Part shown: one piece after another, positions 32,064-46,226 of the stretch
How the letters are laid out: each line of letters opens with the position of its first letter
Numbering within the stretch: the first letter of the stretch is position 1
NCBI RefSeq assembly: GCF_009914755.1
Contig: NC_060945.1
Length of the DNA: 64,000 nucleotides
Reading direction: 5' to 3' (one strand)
Origin: the human T2T-CHM13v2.0 reference genome, Homo sapiens
Notes under the pieces: generated by a model
The model's input: only the letters and a program-made list of their open reading frames with translations
What the model was told of the DNA's origin: nothing
Database searches by the model: none
Made by a program: the position numbers and the translations under genes

Positions 32064-32166
32064 TAGGGTTTTTAATCCCTCCCAGTTTGCCCAGAATGTT
32101 CTCAGTTTTAGTACTGAAAGTCCTGTGCCCAGTTAACCCGTCTTGGGCAAACCTGGACAGTCCCTA
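32064..32166 (+). mobile_element. MER81-like hAT-Blackjack MITE
   Basis: taggg..cagtttgccca..gttttagtactgaaagtcc..gggcaaacctggac..cccta. Confidence 0.6.
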
Positions 32167-32349
32167 TCAGCAGTGGAAATAAACACTGCTTTGAAGATCT
32201 ATGCAGGAATGGGAGTTTAAGGTTAGTTAGGAAGATCAGCCAGGCCAGCAATGGGCAGGGAGTGGGACAATCTAAAGATCCATGAAGGTGGGCAGACTTG
32301 GCTTCAGGCTTTGAAGTCTAGCTGGGAAGGCACAGTGCATGACCCAGGG

Positions 32350-32540
32350 AAGGGGCTCTCAAACTTGAGTGTGTATTACAACCCCCTGGAGGGCTTGTTA
32401 GAACACAAATTGCTGGGCACCACCTCCAGAGTTCCTGATTCAGTAGGTCTGGAGAGGGGCCTAGAATTTGCATTTCTAACACATTCCCATGTAATGCTGA
32501 TGCTGTTGGTCCCAGGATCACGCCTTGAGAACCACTGCTC
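32350..32540. mobile_element. MER5A
   Basis: ctcaaacttgagtgtgtatta..tgattcagtaggtctgg..ttgcatttctaac..ttgagaaccactg. Confidence 0.85.
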
Positions 32541-32926
32541 TAGGTGCTAGTCTAGACTTTCAGCTGAGCATAAGTAATAGGTGTGAAGGTGATGTCTTGG
32601 CACTAGGGAGCTAGCAGGCCACATTAGGCAGAGATATGAGCTAGGGACCAAAGGCAGGACTCAAAGCACTGAGCAAATGTGAGCTAACATGGCAGGACCA
32701 GGCTAAGAGGATCTGGAGTACTAGGCAGATAAACAAAACAGGAGCTCCATCTTAAAGAAGTATGACCAAGATCTTTCTACTGGATGTGGGTGCAAGGTGT
32801 GGTGTTGGCCTTAGGAACAAGGCAAAATTCAATGCGTAAGCAATCATTGAGGAGCACAGACTTAATGGTCAGTCACTGGAGTTCCTGAATTAGGAATTTT
32901 AAAGATCCCCTGACAACCATAAAAGT

Positions 32927-33027
32927 TGGGTGACCAACTATTCTAGTTTTCCCAGGAATTTCCCTACTTCAGCACTGAAAGTGCAGGGCCTAGAAACCCC
33001 TCAGTCCTAAGACATCTGGTCACCCTA
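32927..33027 (+). mobile_element. MER81-like hAT-Blackjack MITE
   Basis: Terminal inverted repeats gggtgacca..tggtcaccc; internal gcactgaaagt..aaacccctcagtcc. Confidence 0.7.
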
Positions 33028-34234
33028 ATTGTGCTCTTAGAAGACTACAGCCTAGATCCACCTACATCTCTGGGTCAGTTGGCTCCAGCCATAAGGAAAG
33101 AAAGCACACATGAGAAGAGGAGGAGCCAGCTGGAAAACGAGGCAGAGAGCCAGGATGCTCATTGCAACCTATAGCCTTCAAGAGAGGATAAAAGGGCACC
33201 CAGAAATATTGTCTATAAATGCTGAAATGCATTTGCTTTAAATGGGCAAAACACGTTAAATGACTCCTCAGGCCTGCAGCTTTTCTAAACTCATGAAAGT
33301 GGAAAAGTTCAGCACAAACAGAACCATCCAGACACCCCGTAGATGGAAGTCTCTCTCACTGCCTTTTGACAGTCATCACACACACTTAAGATCTCATTGT
33401 AAGTATAGCCTTAAAGAGCCCTGATAAGTACACATCAGTAGGGGAACTAAAACCCATCTGTAAATATTAGCAGAGTCTCCCATGTTCTTTTGGTTTCCTT
33501 CACACACAAAAATAAGCTAAGTGGAATGAACACACAGTTCAAAATGACTAAAACACTAAAGGACATTTAAATCTGGGGAAAGAATCTCTCTGTTGGGAAT
33601 ATGGATTTCACCTAAGATCCTTAGTGTCATTCCCAGCATGCCAGAGTTATTTCAAATCTCTTTCATAACCAAATATTAATATTCCACCAGAATGGGGAGC
33701 ATGAGGGCCACTATTGACAGGAACACAGCCTACTAATCATGAGAGATGTTTAAGATGTTCTTCACTAACGTTATCCACAGACTGTATAAAAATAATAACA
33801 GAAAACGTTTAACAGTAACAAGGATCATCACCAGGGAAAGTACCTAAACCATCACAAAATCCGAAAGCAAACACTGAACTAATCCATCCTCCCAGCAACT
33901 AACTCCTGCAAAATGCTGCTTATGTAGAAATAATCTTCTCAATCACACTTAAAATATTCACTATGATAATGAACTTTAGCCGCAGTGAATTGAGTGTCCC
34001 AATGTGCTGAGTCTTCATGATCAAGGAGAACCTGGCATAACCAGCATCTTCAAAATGCAAGTACCCTATGTCCTTCTGGAATGAGCCATGTCATCCAGTA
34101 AGTAGGCTGAAACAGAGGGATCCGACGAGGAGACTCTCCCAGAGCTGAAGTGGGAGTTCAGAGCAGAGTGGAGAAGATTGAAAATCTCCCAGATAACCTG
34201 GGAGAAAATGCCAGAAGAAACAGGAATTTGCCCA

Positions 34235-34440
34235 TCCATTCAATCTTTCATTCAACAGATAGTTATGATGTGCCATCTCAATGCCAGACCCCATGCTAGG
34301 CAGAAAGGCTACAAAGTCTAATGGAACTGCTTTATAGGTATTTGTAATCAAATAGAACAAGCAGACAAATTAACAAGTAATTGCAGTACCTCTAAGACGT
34401 TTTATAATAAAAGGATATATGCAACCTCAGAGAAGCACAG
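34235..34440 (-). mobile_element. L2 3' end
   Basis: ttcattcaacagatagttat..atgccagaccccatgctaggc. Confidence 0.55.
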
Positions 34441-34629
34441 ATGAGAGAGAATTTTCCCCAGCCTTGTATTATTCTCAGTGCAACTAACTGTCTTTGATAC
34501 CACAGTTAAGTCCTTCCTTCTCAGAAGCTTCTTCTTTGAGTCACTTTTGGGAAAAAAATAATTATTGCTTTTCTGAGAGATCAGAGTCTCATCAAATGTT
34601 ATTGTGATTCTAAGACTGTCAACAGCTAC

Positions 34630-34855
34630 CATTTAGTGATACCTACTATGTGCCAGGCACTACACTGAGTGTTTTGCACACATTACTCCACTCAATCCTC
34701 AGCCCTGCGTAACAAGCAGCATGCTCTCTCCACTTTAGAAATCAAGGGGAAATGAATCACAGTGGGATTAACTAGTTTACCCTCAGTCTGTCAATGATGG
34801 GGCAAGAAGTGAACACAGACAGTCCACTTCATGTTCAAGATCTTAACCACTATGT
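34630..34855 (-). mobile_element. MIR
   Basis: cctactatgtgccaggcact..tcttaaccactatg. Confidence 0.65.
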
Positions 34856-36169
34856 TGAAATCACTTATGTAGTGAACTATTAGAATGTCTATATTGATTA
34901 TTTGTATTCTACTGTTATAATTGCATGCATCTAGTTTTTGCTTTGATGAGTTCTTACAAGAAATTGCATGCTGCTTTTAATACTTCCTTATTTGAGTTGA
35001 TAATTTGCAACCATTTTATTTGAACCTATCTCTGTGGGACTTAACCACAACAGCTGCAATTTATTGAAAACTTGCTCTGAGCCAGTATATATCATCTCTG
35101 TCAATTCCCATAGTTCTCTGAGGGGTATGTATGTAGGTATGTGCATATACTTATATTCTTATATATGTATATGTAATGTAGAGTATCAGGTAACTTACCC
35201 CTTGTAGCTTAGGCTACAAGTCCTCCACTAGCATAGGCTTTTCTAAGGTTCCAGAAAGGGTTCTTAGAAACATGTTTGCATGTTCATACATTTTCTTATC
35301 TATTTTTGAAAGAGTATTTCGAAACTGATATAAGCGTAAGACCCACAAAGCCTGCAGACTACAGGTGATGGAAACAGGATTTGTGTGCAGATGTGCCCAA
35401 CTCCAAGGGTTTAAAACCCCGTGACACAGTAAGTAAGGAGGAAGGGGTGGAGCAGTGGGATTTAGATGCACATGTTGGGCTTATCATGAGAGATTTCAAG
35501 CTAAGGAAAGAGGGGAGTTGATTTGAGGGGCTTTTCTCCTCTAAAGTGACCTTGAAGCCCTCATTTTAATGCTTCATGTGCCAACAAGAAGTAGAGAATG
35601 TAGGTAACTCTAATACGAATGAGGCTCTAAGAACTACTAGGTGAACACTCATAATAGTGGCACCAGTTCCGAACAACACATTTGTAAATAAATTGAAGCA
35701 GCCTTCAGTTTTTTCTAAACTAAGAAGCTACTAGACACTAAGCAGGTCAAACAGACCAAAGGCACTTTGGTGACACTTAGCTTAGGTAGCCCTTCGACTG
35801 CCAATCCATCATTATCTGAAAGTTCTGCATTGACCAACTGCTGTCAGAAAATGTTCCCTTTCTTCCAGAAATTCCATGCCAGCTCACCTTCCAAAAGTTT
35901 CCAGTGGGCTTGTTGATCTTTCACCCAAATAGCCACCTAACACTTTACGAATATCCATCTCTGTGAAGAAACCGACTCAGCTGCAACAACCTGTTTTTTT
36001 TAATTCATTAAGCCTTAGAATAGCATCTTTCTTAGTAAAATATAAATGCAATATTTAATAAAACTATATATACAGTGATTATTATAAGCAGGGAGAGGAC
36101 AGGCTGAAAATGAGTGATTTTAACAAGAGCTTTAACAATTTTTAATAGACCTGCATTCCTTTACATTCC

Positions 36170-36350
36170 TGGTGTTTCTCAAACTTTAGTGGGTTTAAAG
36201 TTCATCTGGGGATTTATAAAAATTGCTGACTTCAAGAGCTCCTCTTAAAATTTCTAATTCTGAAGGCCTGGAGGGATCCTCAACAATCTTCATTTTTAAC
36301 GATTTTGATGAAGATGGACTGCAGCTGTCTCTTGAGAAATGCTTCTTTAG
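36170..36350. mobile_element. Degenerate MER5-type element
   Basis: gtgtttctcaaactttagtg..tttctaattc..catttttaac..ttgagaaatgct. Confidence 0.5.
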
Positions 36351-36437
36351 AACAAGTGAAATTGCTAATTACACAGTAAGCACTTAGTCATCTACCATTA
36401 CCCAAGTCTTGTTAGTTGTGAGTTGCCCCTTGGTATC

Positions 36438-36814
36438 TGCTAAGGTTTGAATGTGTCCCTCAGAAAGCATATGTTGGAAACTTAACCTTTAATGCAACAG
36501 TGTTTGTTGGGAGGTAGGTTCCAATGAGAGGTAATTAGAACATGAGGGCTCTGCATTTATGAATAGATGAATGTGTGGAAGTAGGTTCCTTATAAAATAA
36601 GGTCAGTCACCTTTCCTCTCTCCCATCCTCTTTTTGCCCTCTGACATCCTATGCCTTTCACCATGAGATGACACAGCAAGAAGGTCCCTGATAGATACCA
36701 GTGCTTCAATCTTGGACTTCCCAACTAAAGAACTATGAACCAATAAATTTCTGTTCATTACAAATTATCCAGTCTCAGGTATTCTGTTACAGCTGCACAA
36801 AACAGACTAAGGCA
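36438..36814 (+). mobile_element. MST (B/C/D-like) solo LTR
   Basis: tgctaaggtttgaatgtgtccc..aacagactaaggca; perfect TSD gtatc. Confidence 0.88.
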
Positions 36815-37342
36815 GTATCCCATTCTCAGCTGCAGCAATTCTTTTTAAGACAAAACTCCATGGATTTTAAGACATCTGAGTAGGGAGAGTTAATTATGTC
36901 CTCTCAAAGAGGTATTTTCCCTAGACCAATTAGTTTACAAGAACATACACTCTGTTTCTAAAACTTTGGAAAACAAAGATGTGGTTCATATCAGAGTGAA
37001 AATTTCATTGATACCCATTATAATGAACGTGTTTCATTTTGGCAAACTGTCATGAAATGTCCTGTTCATTTGGAGAAAATTCCTGGAAAGATGGTAGGCA
37101 GAGGTCCCAACTCCCAATACGGAATCCTAAGAGGGAGAAGATCTGTCTGCTCCCAGTCAGAGAAGGGTGGGCTCTTCCTACACTAAGATCTTAGCCACAT
37201 TTTGTCTCCCTGAATTCTTGCCAGAGACTAGTCCTCCAGGCTGAGAGTATATCTTATATCTGTATAATTAGATAACAATTATGTTATCTAAAACTGAGAA
37301 CCCTGGGTATGGTACATCCAGACACTTACGGCAGAAAATATT

Positions 37343-37718
37343 TGATATGGTTTGGCTCTGTGTCCCCACTCAAATCTCATGTCAAACTGTAATTCCCAAT
37401 GTTGGGGGAGGGATCTGGTGGGAGGTAATTGGATCATGGGGGCAGATTTCTCCCTTGCTCTTGCGATAGTAAGTTCTCACGAGATCTGATAAATGTTTAA
37501 AGGTGTGTGGCACTTCCCCCCCTTCACTCTCTCTCTCTTTCTACCATGGTGAGACGTGCTTGCTTCCCCTTCACCTTCTGCCATGACGGTAAGTTTCCTG
37601 AGACCTTCCAGCCATGCTTCCTGTACAGCCTATGGAACTGTGAGTCAATTAAACCTCTTTCTTCATAAATTATCCAGGTCAGGTAGTTCTTTATAGCAGT
37701 GTGAGAACAGACTCTACA
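37343..37718 (+). mobile_element. THE1D/MSTA-like solo LTR
   Basis: tgatatggtttggctctgtgtcccc..gtgagaacagactctaca; TSD atatt/atatc. Confidence 0.9.
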
Positions 37719-37764
37719 ATATCTTCAAAATGTTGTTTATTTTTTAAAAAAATGTATGGATGGA

Positions 37765-38121
<357 letters not shown>

Positions 38122-38299
38122 CTATCCATCTGTAGAAAATTTTTTAAAATATGTATTGTCTTTTATTCTGATTTCTTCTGGATTCCACTTTGTAGATTTA
38201 TGAGCCCAGGACCACTGGTATTCAGTAAAGGAGTAGAAATCAATTTGTAGGGGCAGGAGGGATGCCATGTGTCATAGCTACGCAAACAGAAGAAACTTA

Positions 38300-38612
<313 letters not shown>

Positions 38613-38640
38613 AAAAAGAAAGAAAAGAACGAACGAACGA

Positions 38641-38692
<52 letters not shown>

Positions 38693-38807
38693 AGGAAAGA
38701 AGGAAAGAAGGAAAGAAGGAAAGAAGGAAAGAAGGAAAGAAAAGAAAAAGAAGGAAAGAAGGAAAGAAGGAAAGAAGGAAAGAAGGAAAGAAGGAAAGAA
38801 GGAAGGA

Positions 38808-38851
<44 letters not shown>

Positions 38852-38907
38852 AGGAAGGAAGGAAGGAAGGAAGGAAGGAAGGAAGGAAGGAAGGAAGGAA
38901 GGAAGGA

Positions 38908-38955
<48 letters not shown>

Positions 38956-38957
38956 AA
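38613..38957 (+). repeat. Compound microsatellite (GAAA)n/(GAAGGAAA)n/(GGAA)14
   Basis: Direct reading; purines only from 38639 to 38957. Confidence 0.98.
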
Positions 38958-40109
38958 CAGTATCACCTTTCAAACAGTGATGGGTCCCTAATACCTATAT
39001 GCTGAGTATTGTCACACTCATGTTCCATAGCTGTTTGTATTCTGTGTCATTTTTACTATACGTACACAAGACAGAAAACAAAAAACACTGTTTAATTCAG
39101 ATTTTGTAAGGTATATAGTATAACTGTTTACTAAAATATCATATTTGTAGGAGGTGAAAGTTAATATACTAGCAAACTGCTAAAGAGAATTAACTATTTT
39201 TTTAACAAGGAATGTATATTTATGTAGCACTCTCAGACTTTAAAAGCACCATTACTGTACATAAAGCTTTTGATTTGCAGTTTTTCATCATAAACCCAAC
39301 AGAGCAGAGCCCAGACACCAGGCATTTTTCCCTGGAGTCACTCTGCCTTATTATCAGGACTGGACTTAAGTATCCTTCCCTGGAAAGGGCAAAAGATCTC
39401 ACATTGTAGGGCAAATATGCTTGAGGCAGTACAAAGAGGCACAGTCATGTTTCAGGATGTGGTTTTAGCCAAAGGTGATACAATCACAAAGCTGGGTTGA
39501 GAGAGGAAATAACAATCAGGAGCAGTCTTGAGTGTGTCTCTGTTACCTGGAGTCTTCTTGTTCTTCTCTCTACCTCTCCAAGAGTCTCCATTACCATTGA
39601 TGTAAATAATTAGTAATAAGAGCCGGAAGCAAAAATGTTGAAATACTTTAACTCTTTTGAACACAAATTTAATAGCAGTAGTAAACTAACAAATGAATCA
39701 TTGAATTGAGGGTGGATTCTGCTGCAACAAAGAACTTGTATTATGATATAAATTGAGAAGATTGTTCTGATCTAGCTCCTCCTGTATTCAGAGTTAAAAC
39801 TCTCTCTAAACATCATGTTCCACCTAAGAACCATTAACTCTCCCATTCTCACAACCTGTGTGACAAATACTCATACTCTAAATATTTGGCTTATCTCACT
39901 TATCCATTGCTAGAGGATTTAACATACAAGTGTTGCCCTACATACAGACTACTAAGTTAACCATAACCATTCGTGTATTGATACGTATGTTCAAACAGCA
40001 ATGATGAACTGAGTGCCTGCTCTGAAGGAACTCAAATTCAGATTCAGCTAATATTTCTGGAGTAACACCCATGCACTAGGTATTGAGCTAAAGACTTTGT
40101 CTTATTTAG

Positions 40110-40290
40110 GTGCCTATCATGTGCTAGGTGTTGAACTAGTTACTTTAACACATTATCTCATTTGGTCTTCATAACAACCTAGTAGGTCGGCATTTTTTAT
40201 TTTATAGATAGGAGACTAACACTCAGAAAAGGTGAGTGACTTGCCTGAAGTCATAAAATTAGTCAAGACTTAAAACTGGCTTTTTGGTCC
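40110..40290 (-). mobile_element. MIR
   Basis: cattatctcatttggtcttcataacaacct..atttatagataggagact..tgacttgcctgaagtca. Confidence 0.7.
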
Positions 40291-40869
40291 TGAGTCTTCT
40301 CTCTGGCTCTTTCTAATTGGTAGTATTGTCTGTCTTAGGTCCACGCTTTTACTATCCTCTTCTATGCAAAAGAATATCTGATCAGAAAGAAACAAAGCCA
40401 CTTATAGTTTGATTAGAAAGAAATAAAACCGCACAGAATTTTAGCCACCTTTGTCTATGGGCTGATAGCTTTGTGCACACAAGGCCAAGCAACCACAGGC
40501 TCCAGAGATGTGATGTGGAGATGTGCCAAGTGGCAGGTGACATCACATCTTTACATTCCTAGAAGTACTGTGCCCTAATAATTTTACAGCAGAGACATAA
40601 ACAGATGGATGTGACAAATCCAGTAATGGCAGTTACATAATCTCAAGATCTTTCTCAATGACTCTAAGAACATGTCCAAGACCAAGAATGACTTACCAGG
40701 TACATGCCAGTGCTTTAACTAAACAGAAACTATTTTTCAACTAAACAAACATAAATTACATTATCCCTCCTTTTTGGCTCTACCATTTTGAAATTTCTAA
40801 CTTTGTGAGGTTTTTAACTTAAAAATGTTTTTCCAAATTTATGGAAAGAGGCCACATATGCCCACGTTT

Positions 40870-41038
40870 AGGGAAAAGTATGGACTTCAGAGTTACAAGC
40901 TCAGGTTTGGACAAGGCCAGGCAAGGTTGGACTGAATCCTGCCTCTATCGTTTTCTCACTACATTTGCAGTGAGTCACTAAATTTTTTTAAGTCTCTGCT
41001 TCCTCATCTGTAAAATGGGTATAGCAACGATATCTACC
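40870..41038 (+). mobile_element. MIR 5' part (resumes at 49305-49400)
   Basis: ctgcttcctcatctgtaaaatgggta; continuation caaaggataattgtgaagattaaa after the LTR. Confidence 0.7.
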
Positions 41039-44000
41039 TGTGCAGAAAAGAGTTAACTCAGCAGGGCTGAATTGTTCAAACCTTGCACATTCCCAAGAAA
41101 GGCCTGTTTTCATGACTGCTCTTTGACCAGCTTCTGGGAATTAAACTGTTAGAATGTTCCAAGAACTAAGAGTATTTTTCTCACATGGGTTCTTGAGCCA
41201 TACTATACCAGTTTGTCTGCATACGTGTGCAACGTGGTTTATGCTTGCTTCTGGGAGCCTGGAGCTTCAATGGCACAAGTCATGTGCCTATGTGAATGAT
41301 CCCCAACAAAAACCCTAGACTCGCTCAATCATGGCAGATGGGAGGTAGGACTAGATTGCAACTCCAGACAGAGCAGTGTGCAAGGTCTTGCATTGTGAAT
41401 TTTAGCTCCAGATCAACTGCAAGAACAAACCAGCAATCCTGAGAGGACCCACAGACCCTCTGAAGGAAGCAGACAGCTCCTACAGGACCTGGGAGACCCC
41501 CCAAAACTGTGAGTGCCCCAACCTTGGAAGCAGAAAATGGAGACCCTCCTTTCCTGAACTCACACTCCCACTGGAGAAGCTGAAGGTCTGTTTGCAGGAG
41601 AATTTTCTTACTTTACCTGAAGCTGAGTCAATCTAGAGAGCTGAGTGAAATTCAGGGGCAGAGGAAGTGGCAGAAAGGCTCTGGGAACTCACTGGCTCCC
41701 CTAGCAGGCCATTCCTGCCTGTCACCACAGGGATCCAACAGGAGAGGAGCAGGGGATAAAACTACACAAGGAGAAGGAAATCTCTAGCTGAACTATGTAA
41801 CAATTAGAACGGGGGTTGAAGCCTCCTGGCCAGAACTCAGGGGAGGGCACAAATCCGGCATGCAGACTCCAAAGGCAAGGGAAGACCCAAGCCCCTTTCT
41901 TTTGTAGCGTGGAGGTGGGTAGACTGAGGCAGGTTTTCAAACCCATATTGCTCTCCACCTGGAAATGAATGGGGATCTGGTGGTGGGGGCATGGTGGGAG
42001 TGAGATGGGCCCTTCAGTTCGCACGGGAGCTGGGTGAGGCCTGTAACTGCTGGCTTTCCCCTACTTCCTAGACAACCTGCATGACTCAGCAGAGGCAGCC
42101 ATAATCCTCCTAGGTACACAACTCCAGTGGCCTGGGAATCTCACCCCCATCCCCCACAGTAGCTGCAGCAAGACCCACCCAAGGAGAGCCTGAATTCAGA
42201 CAGGCCTAGCCCAGCTCCCACCTGATGGTCCTTCCCTATCCACCCTGGTCACGGAAGACAAAGGGCATATAATCTTGAGAGTTCTAGGGCCCCACCCACC
42301 ACCAGTTCCTCCCCATACTACTACAGCTAATGCTGTCTGGAAAATGCCACCTCCTGGCAGAAGGTCAACCAGCACAAAAACAGCATTGAACCACCAAAGC
42401 AAAGGACCCTCATGGAGTCCATTGCACCCCACGCCCCCTCCACCAGAACAGGCACTGGTATCCATGGCTGAGAGACACATAGATGGTTCACGTAACAGGA
42501 CACTGTGCAGAAAACCCCCAGTACCAGCCCAGAACTGCGTAGACTCACTGGGTGGCTAGACCCAGAAGACAGACAAAAATCACTGCAGTTCATCTCACAG
42601 GAAGTCACATCCATAGGAAAAGGGGGAGAGTACTACATCAAGGGAACAACCCGTGGGAGAACCTGAACAATAGCCTTCAGTCCTAGACCTTCCCTTTGAC
42701 AGAGCCTACCCAAATGAGAAGGAACCAGAAAACCAACCCAGGTAATACTACAAAACAAGGCTCTTCAACACCCCCAAAAAACCACATTAGTTCACCAGCA
42801 ATGGATCCAAACCAAGAAGAAATCCCTGATTTACCTGAAAAAGAATTCAGGAGGTTAGTTATTAAGCTAATAAGGGAGGGACCAGAGAAAGGCAAAGTTC
42901 AATGCAAGGAAATCCAAAAAATGATACAGGAAGTAAAGGGAGAAATATTCAAGGAAATAGACGGCTTAAAGAAAAACAATCAAAAATTCAGGAAATTTTG
43001 GACCACTTTTAGAAATGCAAAATGCTGTGGAAAATCTCAGCAATAGAATTGAACAAGTAGAAGAAAGAAATTCAGAGCTCAATGACATGGTCGTCAAATT
43101 AACCCAGTCCAACAAAGACAAAGAAAAAAAAAATGAGAAAATATGAACAAAGCCTCCAAGAAGTCTGGGATTATGCTAAACAACCAAACGTAATAATCAG
43201 TGTTCTTGAGAAAAAAGACAATTCTAAAAGCTTGGGAAACATATTTTGGGGAATAATTGAGGAAAACTTCCTCAGCCTTGCTAGAGACATAGACATGTAA
43301 ATACAAGAAGCACAAAGAACACCTGGGAAATTCATCGCAAAAAGATCTTCACCTAGGCACATTGTCATCAGCTTATCCAAAGTTAAGACGAAGGAAAGAA
43401 TCTTAAGAGCTGTGAGACAGAAGCACTAGGTAACCTAGCAAGCAAAACCTATCAGATTAACAGCAGATTTCTCAACAGAAACCCTACAAGCTAGAAGGGA
43501 TTGGGGCCCTATCTTCAGCCTCCTCAAACAAAACAATTATTAGCCAAGAATTCTGTATCCAGAAAAACTAAGCATCATATATGAAGGAAAGATAGTCTTT
43601 TTTAGACAAACAAATGCTAAGAGAATTCGCCATTACCAAGCCACCACTACAAGAACTGCTAAAAGGAGCTCTAAATCTTGAAAAAAAATCCTGGAGGAAA
43701 CACATCAAAACAGAACCTTTTTAAAGCATAAATCACACAGGACCTATAAAACAAAAATACAAGCTAAAAAGCAAAAACAAAAAACAAAAACAAAGTATAC
43801 AGGCAACAAAGAGCACAATGAATGCAATGGTACCTCACATTTCAATACTAACATTGAATGTAAATGATGTAAATGCTCCACTTAAAAGATACTGAACCAC
43901 AGAATGGATAAGAACTCACCAACCAACCATCTGCTGCCTTCAGGGGACTCAGCTAACACATAAGGACTCACATAAACTTAAAGTAAAGCGGTTAAAAAAA

Positions 44001-45435
44001 AAAAGGCATTTCATGCAAATGGAAACCAAAAGTAAGCAGGTGTAAATATTCTTACATCAGACAAAACAAACTTTAAAGTAACAGCAGTTAAAAGAGACAA
44101 AGAGAAACATTATATAATGGTAAAAGGCCTTGTCCAACAGGAAAATATCACAATCCTAAACCCTAAATACCACAATCATAAATCTGAAAATATATGCACC
44201 TAACACTGGAGCTCTGAAATTTATAAAACAATTACTAATAGACCTAAGAAATGAGATAGACAGCAACACAATAATAGTGGGGGACGTCAGCATTCCACTG
44301 ACAGCACTAGACAGCTCATTAAGACAGAAAGTCAACAAAGAAACAATGGATTTAAACTATACTTTGGAACAAATGGACTTAACAGATATATACGGAACAG
44401 TTCATCCAACAACTGCAGAATACACATTCTATTCAACAACACATAGAACTTTCTCCAAGACAGACCATATAATAGGTCATAAAATGAGCCTTAATAAATT
44501 TAAGAAAATTAAAATTATATCAAGCACTCTCTCAGACAACACTGGAATAAAACTGGAAATCAACTCCAAAAGGAATCTTCAAAGCCAGCAAACACATGGA
44601 AATTAAATAGCCTGCTCCTTAATGAGCAATGGGTCAAAAATGATATTAAGATGGAAATTTAAAAATTCTTTGAACTGAATGACAATAATGATACCACTTA
44701 TCAAAACCTCTGGGATACAGCAAAGGCAGTGCTGAGTGGAAAGTTCACATCCCTAAACACGTACATCAAAAAGACTGAAAGAGCACAAACTGACACTCTA
44801 AGGTCACACCTAAAGAAACTAGAGAAACAGAACAAACCAAACTCAAACCCAGCAAAGAAAGGAAATAACCAAGATCAGAGCAGAACTAAAGGAAACTGAA
44901 ACAAAAAAAATACAAAAGATAAATGAACAAAAAGCTGGCTCTTTGAAAAGATAAATAAAATTGATAGACTATTAGCAAGATTAACCAAGAAAAGAAGAAA
45001 GAAAATCCAAATAACCTCACTAAGAAATAAAACAGGAGATATTACAACTGACATCACTGAAATATAAAAGATAGTTCAAGGCCACTATGAACACCTTTAC
45101 ACACATAAACTAGAAAACCCAGAATAGATGCATACATTTCTGGAAAAACAAAACCCTCCTAGCTTAAATTAGGAAGAATTAGATACCCTGAACAAAACAA
45201 TAACAAGCAGCGAGATTGAAATGGCAATTTTAAAACTGCCAACAAAAAAATAGCCCAGGACCTGACAGATTCACAGCAGAATTCTACCAGACATTTAAAG
45301 AAAAATTGGTACCAATCCTTTTGACACTATTTCACAAGATAAAGAAAGAAGGAACCATCCCTAATTTGTTCTATAAAGGCAGCATTACCCTAATGCCAAA
45401 ACCAGGAAAGGACATAACCAAAAAAGAAAACTACA

Positions 45436-45836
<401 letters not shown>

Positions 45837-45839
45837 CTA

Positions 45840-46226
<387 letters not shown>

